Part shown: positions 10,165 through 18,200 of the stretch, one piece after another | Layout of the letters: each line of letters begins with the position of its first letter | How positions within the stretch are numbered: the first letter of the stretch is position 1 | Source of the DNA: Tortispora ganteri | Lineage: Eukaryota | Length of the DNA stretch: 20,000 nt | NCBI GenBank assembly: GCA_003707115.1 | Contig: PPNB01000011.1 | Span: 237,792 to 257,791 of the forward strand | Direction of reading: 5' to 3' | Made by a program: the position numbers and the translations under genes | The notes under the pieces: model-generated | Told to the model about the DNA's origin: nothing | The model's database searches: none | The model's input: only the letters and a program-made list of their open reading frames with translations

Positions 10165-11097
10165 AATGGCCGCTTTTCGTGTAATTTGCGAATGTTCGCC
10201 GTCAGAATAGCGTACAGGGCGAGTGTTCGAATTGCTTGTGGTTAAGAAACCTATAAACGGGTTTTAAAGTAGGGTTATTAGGTTCAAGTTTTGAAATGCC
10301 TCAAATTGCACATTCATAGTATAGTCGCCAGCACAGTTTTACCATCCGTAGCGACATTTTGGTTAGTTAATTGCGTATGCAAACAAGGCATTTCGATCTG
10401 GCTGGCAGTGCTGTCCAAAATCGCACAAACTTGGCTAGTCAGTCTTTCGCTATTAGCGCAATCTAAAGCCTACTTGAGAGTACAGTGATACATGGCATAG
10501 AAGGAAGGCCACATGGGAGTAAATATAAACAAATGTAGACATTTATGCATGTATGCATCGCCGTCGATAGTTGACGGATATGAGAATAATTTTGTGAGTC
10601 TTGCTATAGCTATTAAGCCACCTAACGATACTATATAAACCGATACGTTGTTATTGGAGTACAATATGTAAAAAAAAATTAAAGCGTAAAAATCAACCCA
10701 GAACCAAAATTAAATGTCCGATAACTGTGATAGCAGATATCAGATCAAATATAAACCTGTTAGTTGTATTGTATATCTTTATCAGGGCTGTGAGGCGCAT
10801 AGCTGCGGATCACCCACGATAAGCGATAGTACACACGACACCCCTAAAGGCAACAAACAAAGGAAAACAAACACCAACTTAGGGGCAATAAATCAACAGC
10901 CAAGTAAAAAGTAAACCACTACATAGTCATATAGAGAGTTGTATCAAAAGCAAAAGAGGAGGATCAGGCGATCAATGATCGTGGATCCTAAGCCGACAGG
11001 AGAGATAAGAGGGGACGAAAAAGATCAAATGACGATAAGGTGAGATCTTATGTAAGTGGGAAAAGCACAATCATTCAGCAACAGCTCTTATGACTTT

Positions 11098-11310
11098 TTA
11101 CAATGCTTTAGAGCTCTTCCCGGTCCAGGAGAAATGTTCCTTGATGCAAGAGCCGCCTGAACAACCACATTCCTTACGATGGGTGCTATCAGCAGTACGA
11201 TCAGGGAGAACTAGAGAAGGGTGGTGTCCAGGGAGAGAGGGGACGCGGTTGCTCTTATTAGGGGGGATGTAAATCTCATTCATAACGCGATTAATAGTGG
11301 TAGAGTCCAT
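11098..11310 (-). CDS. Putative small orphan protein (70 aa)
   Basis: True ATG in a CACACAATG-type context like RPL23. TATATAA lies ~75 bp upstream on the coding strand. Downstream is a pyrimidine-rich 3'UTR-like tract ending in a T-run at ~10669-10678. No family recognised. Confidence 0.45.
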   Translation of the reverse strand: MDSTTINRVMNEIYIPPNKSNRVPSLPGHHPSLVLPDRTADSTHRKECGCSGGSCIKEHFSWTGKSSKAL

Positions 11311-13514
11311 TGTGTCGTGACAAAAGAGTACTATTAGATAGCGTACAACAAAAAAGAAAGTATAATATGGCTGGTGTGTTATTATATATGAGAATTCATG
11401 ATAACCGCATTAGCGATACAGTCTAAAGTTTATTTCTCCTGGTTGTATAGATCACTTCCTATTTTAGTAATACCCAGAATAATCAGCGGAAAATAAGCTT
11501 TAATATAACTTGAACATTTGACTCATTCTTATAGGTAAAACCACTCGTATCTGGCGCTATCTTAATGCACAGAACTTCTGAGAAATGGCTATATGTTTCT
11601 TGAGTGACCCAGTACTTGATAGCAGTTATTATATCCGTAAATTTTCTTCTAGAACAGTCCGCACGCTTATTTTATTACTGCTCAATCTTAATCGTCATTG
11701 TTGATCTAAACTCCCAAATATAGCTACACTTATGGTCTAGCCTTGTCGTATAAGTCTGGTTTCCCATAGCCTGGATTCCGAACTCTATTACGTTTCTCTA
11801 TTCGGTTCAAACCTGCTTCAATGAGCCGTAAGCGCCGCAATACAGGTCAATGACAATTGTATACGTAAAATTGGGGTCAGCGATTTTTTTGGTAAGAAAA
11901 ATTCAGCCTTTCAGGACACTTTCTCATTTTACAAAGCAGTAAAAGGTTTGCCTGTTTTCGATTCCTTTAAGCTCGGTTAAACTTTGAAAACGTAAAAATG
12001 AGAATCACACCTTCAAAGCCCCTCTTCTCGCTATTCGGTCCGAATCTTGCATTGCGTCTCGTTTAAATTACAGAAACTGCGGCGGGCGGCAGATGCCATG
12101 CGGCATTTTGGGGGTATAACTCCTAAGACGTTAAGCCGGGTGACGGTCGGCGTGTATTAACCTGTGGCCGTCAGTATCGTATCGCCCGGACTTACTGGCA
12201 CGCCTAAAAGCAAGCCTCTAATTGCGTAACACCGCGTTTCGTTAGTGTCTGGTGTAGAACCCGACAATTGAATCTAAACCCAGTTGCTTATTTAATTTTG
12301 ACTGGAATCCATATGATGAGGTTGCTACTCTATAGCGGCTCTATTCTAGTTATCTTGTATCTCTCCATAAGACTATCTTGATCGAATCAGGACTATTTTA
12401 AACTAGTTTCCACATACGTAAAGCACACGCAGCGAACTAAAAGTATCTTAGGTTGTGGACCACTTTTGCGACTACTGTCTTGACTTCATCGACAGCGGCT
12501 GGACATGCTATCCCCCTAATCTATTTCGTCCACAGCGCCATTTAAATTATCTGGTGGTCAACTATGCGTGAACTGGAATCTTTAGTCGTCATTCAAATAG
12601 AGGTTTGAGCTTTGCGAATTATAAACCAGTCCTGCACTCGACTCAAAGAGTCGTGCGATCGGCAATAACACAAGGACCACTATCAAGCGAGACCTCACAT
12701 TACGGCGAGCAAAGCGCGCACCTCTTCTTATATGCTGCTTTCAGCTATTGGAGCCTTGATCGGTACAGCGTTCAATCAACTGCTTCAAATACTGAATAAA
12801 AACTGATAGGATCAACGGCATGGGATATTCTCTCCATTGTAACAATGCAACAAGAAGATGAGCCGGTTCCTTGATAGCAAGTAACAGTTCTATTAAATTC
12901 TCCGAATAGCCCCTATTTGATTCTGACAGCTTGGCTGTGGAGGCATACAACGATGGAAATGCCGCTAGTTAGGAATAATCTTTGCTACGAACTACCGCCT
13001 GCCCATTGAGCCGTGAACTTAAAGTTCAGAGTCCGAAAGGTACGGCCTGAAGCCCATCTGCTCGCAATTTTATTGGCAAAGAACCAGGTAAATATTTGGA
13101 CAAAAAACTAGTATATGACGTATTTGCGGTACTTTAGTTGAATGACGTTATTCTAGCTGACTTTCGCGTATTTCACGAAGTCAGTTTAGCGAAATGCCAT
13201 TAGTTCTGAATGAGTTTTCGTATCGTTGCCAAGCTTGTCAAAATTAATCTCATTCGAAGTTGCTGTCTGATAATTGGCCATATGCAAGAAACTTTCCCAA
13301 TGTGCTAACTCTAGCAGTGCTTAGCCCACACTAACGATATCCAATGTCGCTTTACTTGCTTTATTCTGCTTTTTGCCTTGCTGCCTTGGCCGCGGAAAAC
13401 AAACGCTCGGTATCTCGTCATTCCCGAAGCGGCTTTACAGTCTAAGGTAACATTGATGCCCTCGCATGGCCAAAATAAGGTTGGGCTCACACATCATTCG
13501 CTCTTTGTCACTAA

Positions 13515-13990
13515 CCAATCACTCCTCACTCTTATAATTAAGAACGATAAATTCCTCGTTGATCTTGCCCGCTGAGGCATCGCGTGACCTTATCTTTCCA
13601 GCAGCTACCGTGGTGCCTGCAGCAAAACTTTGCCCAAGCTGTTCCATAATTCCGTTATGGCAGATGAGCGCCACTCGTCAGCTATTCCAGGAAAGAAACC
13701 ACTCAACCGTGCGGCATTGTGCGGCCCCGTGCGGCACTTATCTCTCCACATAGAACGAGCTCATGCTTTTTATCTTTGGTCATCCGTGTCGCATTAGATT
13801 TTACGTCTGAGATCACTGTGGAGCAATCGAACGGCGCTCTAAATCAAACTCCGAAATTGCGGCCACCAGTTTATGAAACAGTAAGCAAACACTCTCATGC
13901 GGCACTATATCTAGGGCAATTTTTAGCAATGCCACCCTGCAGTTCTTGTCTTAGCGCTAGGCAAGAAAAAAACTTCCATATTCTGTTATC
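13515..13990 (+). promoter_or_regulatory. Transporter promoter: CGGC-N6-CGGC-N6-CGGC (UASaa-like), GATA cluster, CCAAT box
   Basis: GTGCGGC at 13709, 13719 and 13729. Extra TGCGGC at 13858 and 13898. GATAA/TTATC at 13546, 13590, 13738, 13770 and 13986. CCAATCA at 13515. Confidence 0.6.
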
Positions 13991-14071
13991 TTACATTTTT
14001 TGATCTTTGTGAGTATAATTTTTCTTCTTTTCATAGTCTAACAACACTGTGAAACTCATAAGGAATCAGCG

Positions 14072-15808
14072 ATGTCGGAAGTGCCTCCTTCACTGAGAAA
14101 CGGTGAAAAAGACCCGTGTTTCGAGGAACTGACTTATTTTGCTGGCTTGCAAAGAACCGATGAATTGAAAGCCGAGTACCACCATCATGCCTTCTACGAC
14201 AGCAAGATCATTTCCTTCTTAGGTTTCAAAAGAAAATCTGCCCCAGACAATGTCGAACTTGCACGCACAGTCTCGGAAAAACAAGAAGTGGAGCCTATTA
14301 AGTATGTGTCTAATGAGAAAATCACCTCTTTGGCTGACATCTCTCCTCATCAGTCACTCTCCGAAAACCCTTTGGATGAAATTCTTAGCACTGATGATAT
14401 CGAAAATGACAAAATCAACGCCAGGCGTGCTCTTCGCTCTGCCACGTGGGTCAGCGTTTTCTATTTGATCACTACTGATATATTGGGCCCCAGTTCGGCC
14501 CCTTATGCCATCTCGAGACTCGGCTTCGGTCCTGGCATTGCCTTGTATTTCGTTCTCGGGGCTGTCGCCGTGTACACTGGTTTTCTTCTCTACCATATGT
14601 TTCTTGGTCTTGATTCTTTACATTTTCCCGTTAAGTCCTATGGTGATCTCGTTTATAGAATCTACGGTAAATGGGCACGTAAAGTCGTTGATTATCTGCA
14701 GTGCCTTCAACTTCTGTGCAACGTTGCCGTTATTATCCTTGGTAACGGTCAAGGCTTGTCGCAGATTGTCAACCCCGACACCGTTAAACTCTGCTTCTCC
14801 ATTGTTGTGCTGATTTGGGCACTCGCTGGAATGATTGTCGGTCAAATCAGAACACTGAAAAACTTTGGATGGCTTGCAAATTTTGCCATTTGGTTGAACT
14901 TGTTTGTTTGTTTTGCTACAATGGGAATTGTTGCTCACTCTTCACCGAACTGGACTGCCGCAAAGCAAGCTGGTTTAGAAATTGGCCCTATTATAACGAG
15001 AGCCCGGGAGCTGTACCCATTTTATACTCAGCTCCAGGGCGTCATGAACATTGTGTACGCTTATGGAGGCGCAATGCTGTTCTGTGAATTTATGGCTGAG
15101 ATGAAGCGTCCCAAGGACTTTTGGAAAGGAATGATTATGGCACAAGTTGTTATTTCTTGCATTTACATGATGTTTGGAACGTTTGTTTATGCTTATCAAG
15201 GCCAGTATGTTGTCAATTCTGCTAATCAAGGCGTGAACCCCTATGGATGGCAAACTGCTCTAAATGTGATTAACCTTGCCTCTGCGCTGATCGCAGCTGG
15301 TCTGTACGGTAATATCGGAATTAAGGTACTTTATGAAACCATCATTCGCCCTGCCACACGCGCGCCTGAATTATCTACTAGAATGGGCAAGCTGCTCTGG
15401 GTTCCTATCGTCATCGTTTACTGGGCCGTTGCTTACATTATAGCCATGGCTATCCCTCAGTTCTCAAGTCTTACATCATTGGTCGGTGCAATTTGTATCT
15501 TGCAGTTCTCTTACACTTTCCCCCCTATCATGTATGTGGGGTATACAATGCAAAAAGACGCGTTGGAAGCCGATCATCCTTATGATGTTGCAGCTGGAAA
15601 ACCAAACCGTGTAGATTCATGGAAAGATTGGTCACGTTGGACTAGATCCTATTCTCGTCACTGGATGCTGAATACTTTTAATATTTTCTTATTTTTGGCT
15701 GCATTGGCAACAGCAATTCTGGGTGTGTATGCATCGATCAAGTCGTTGATCGATGCATTTGCCCAAAGTGGAGCAACCACTTCTTTCTCTTGCACACCCC
15801 CTGTTTAG
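14072..15808 (+). CDS. Amino acid transporter, AAAP/Aa_trans family (Neurospora mtr-like neutral amino acid permease)
   Basis: 578 aa with about 11 hydrophobic segments. Motifs RALRSATWVSVFYLITTDILGP, SYGDLVYRIYG and VYAYGGAMLFCEFMAEMKRPKDFWK. Confidence 0.88.
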   Translation: MSEVPPSLRNGEKDPCFEELTYFAGLQRTDELKAEYHHHAFYDSKIISFLGFKRKSAPDNVELARTVSEKQEVEPIKYVSNEKITSLADISPHQSLSENPLDEILSTDDIENDKINARRALRSATWVSVFYLITTDILGPSSAPYAISRLGFGPGIALYFVLGAVAVYTGFLLYHMFLGLDSLHFPVKSYGDLVYRIYGKWARKVVDYLQCLQLLCNVAVIILGNGQGLSQIVNPDTVKLCFSIVVLIWALAGMIVGQIRTLKNFGWLANFAIWLNLFVCFATMGIVAHSSPNWTAAKQAGLEIGPIITRARELYPFYTQLQGVMNIVYAYGGAMLFCEFMAEMKRPKDFWKGMIMAQVVISCIYMMFGTFVYAYQGQYVVNSANQGVNPYGWQTALNVINLASALIAAGLYGNIGIKVLYETIIRPATRAPELSTRMGKLLWVPIVIVYWAVAYIIAMAIPQFSSLTSLVGAICILQFSYTFPPIMYVGYTMQKDALEADHPYDVAAGKPNRVDSWKDWSRWTRSYSRHWMLNTFNIFLFLAALATAILGVYASIKSLIDAFAQSGATTSFSCTPPV

Positions 15809-17883
15809 TTCAGGCGTTCGTATGATAATTATAGTGACATCTGTTTAATGTTGCATGTAGCCTGTTTTACCATCGTATCATAAGACTTCCATCCAATAGG
15901 GGTACTGGCTAAAGGCTAGCAAACCGCATGCGTATCATAGATTGTTAGATTCGACTATTGCTTTGCGTACTGCATAAATCTAACACAAGACCATGAATGC
16001 ACACAAAAGTGGCGCAAAATGCAGAAAAGTCTAGCAAAACTCATTTGAGAATCTCATATGTACTCTTACTGATCTACTTTATGTATATTAAATAACCTGC
16101 TAAGTTTCTAGTTAAGTGAGATAAGCTTCATAAAGTAAATCAGCAGTACCTTAGTGCGATAATCGTGGTATTAATGGAAATAATCGTGTAGTAGAAAATT
16201 AATAAATCATTAAATTAAAGACTACTAGACTGTAAGTATTTTTTACAAAAACTATTAGACAAATTTCTTTGATTTTGGTAGAGTACATAAAGTTGATTTA
16301 TTCCAATATAGGCAATGAGTGGCACATGCCAAATATCAATATATTAAGGCAAAGCGAGGAATAAAGTTTTTTTTTTCTTCTAATCTCGTAATCGCGAGTA
16401 TCTGGAACATAAATGAGATCTATGAACCTTGATAATGGCGCATCACACTAGAAACCACGTTGAAGAAGTTATTAGATCTATAAAATCTTGCAATACTATG
16501 GCTATTTAGGATGCAAACCTGTATAGAATACTTTGTTTAAGATGGAAGAGTGTAGTGGATTATCGAAAACAAGAAAACTACTGAACTGTATGATTACATT
16601 ATATGAAGAACTAGCAAAAACAATAATATGCAGCAAATTCTTTTTTGCAATGTAATTTTTTTCTTAATAAAGTTATGAGCTAAGTTTACTGATTGGTAAT
16701 AAATCCGGGCCTATATTAAAGATTTCTAAATTGTCAGAACATCGGGGAACCGGTCAGGTCATTTTACCGCAACTCGAGTTGCAAGTTATGCAGTCAGAGA
16801 TGAGTTTCCGAATCCGAAAAAGTCGAATAGATGGAAAAGTATAGAAATATTCATAAAATAAGAATGAAATGAAATAGGCAATATGAAAGATTTTCCCCCT
16901 ACAAACCCCTCTTCAATGATTAATTTCTTAAATGAATAATCATGCGATAATTGCGATGAGGTGCTATTCAGATAATTACTGTGAATTAGGGCGCTTTTTT
17001 GAACTATTAACGACCCAATATAATAATTATTAGTCGCTCAAATAGAACTTAGTAGGCGGTATTTGAAAATTATTTTATTACTGCAACCTCAAGCAAGCTT
17101 TTTCAGGGTTTGATTCAATCATATAATCTTGAACATGCGTAAAATCATACTTACATATTGATCTATGCTTAATTTGAAACTTTATCTAACTTATAGTGAA
17201 ACTATTACTTCCCAGCGGTCAGTGTATATCAATGATTAGTCAATAATTTTCACAATATAACGAGCTACAATAGTTTTATTTCTTGAAAATTTTACCAGAA
17301 AACTGTTAACGCTGCAATACACTAAACGGTACATGCACAACTCTCGTTCTTGCCAGTTACATTTTGCAGCAATGCGAATGCACGAATTCAAGACTAAAAG
17401 TCGCTAGTATGAACTTTAAAACTTTAATTACCTAGCAACCCATCAAGTCACTCTCTTTCAACTTAACCACTATGACATGCTCAAGGTGACTAGAAGAATG
17501 TCAAAAATGCTAGGCCAAATAAGATTATGATAAGTTTCAAGTGGAAAAGCTAATGAGATTTTACGGTTTCTGCTAGTACTTAAAAGACGCGAGGCACTGC
17601 TCTTTGCTCTCAATCACTCTTCATGGTGCAGACAATATACAGTACTATCGTGGAAACGAACACGCTCATTTGCAGCCCACCTGTTGAAACTTCTACTGTC
17701 TACGGGCGCTTGTACACTTCTGAGTCTGGTGCTACACGTGCGACCGTCTACGACGACCAAGGTGCGCTCCACTTGTCTACGGTTTCAGGCTGGTACTGCA
17801 ACCAATGCACACCTGCTACGGTCACCTATGTACCTAGTCCACCGCTCGTCAAATATGACTGTTAGCGTGACTTCTGTTCCAAG

Positions 17884-17935
17884 TTCTTCTTCTTTTTCTT
17901 CTTCTTCTTCTTCTTCTTCTTCTTCTTCTTCTTCT
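17884..17935 (+). repeat. (TCT)n microsatellite (poly-Ser)
   Basis: About 17 TCT units with one TTT interruption. Confidence 0.92.
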
Positions 17936-18024
17936 CCAGCAGTGCACTGAAATCTAGTTTTGGTTGGAGCTCATATGGAAACTCTAGCACTAGTCAACTT
18001 TCTTCTGCTTCAGGTGCTGCGCCT

Positions 18025-18200
18025 GGATCCTCAGTTGCTTCAGGATTCTCAGTTGCTCCAGGATCTTCGACTGTATCAGGATCTTGGGCTGCACCCGGCT
18101 CTAGTGTTTTATCAGGATCTTCGACTGTATCAGGATCTTCGGCTGTACCCGGCTCTAGTGTTGTATCAGGCTCCTCAGTAGGCCCCGGATCTTCGAGTGT
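18025..18200 (+). repeat. 18-bp degenerate minisatellite encoding GSSxV[S/P] hexapeptides
   Basis: Units such as GGATCTTCGACTGTATCA and GGCTCTAGTGTTGTATCA translate to GSSVAS GFSVAP GSSTVS GSWAAP GSSVLS GSSTVS GSSAVP GSSVVS GSSVGP. Confidence 0.85.

Noticed and set aside
12732..12806. Short hydrophobic/amphipathic ORF MLLSAIGALIGTAFNQLLQILNKN
   Set aside because: Only 24 codons, with no extendable coding signal or promoter evidence; likely chance.
13929..14003. 24-codon ATG-initiated uORF before the transporter
   Set aside because: It lies upstream of a TATAA-like element (~14014), so it is probably outside the mRNA; no support without TSS data.
11400..14071. TPP riboswitch or other structured ncRNA upstream of the transporter (CTGAGA at ~11578 and ~13807)
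   Set aside because: The downstream aptamer core (TGAT..GGATAAT.CCAGCG) was not found by eye on either strand; an Rfam scan would be needed to exclude other RNAs.
16769..16782. Perfect 14-bp palindrome GCAACTCGAGTTGC
   Set aside because: About one such palindrome is expected by chance in 20 kb, and there is no supporting context.
18025..18200. CRISPR-like periodic repeat
   Set aside because: These are contiguous degenerate coding repeats without unique spacers, in a eukaryotic context.
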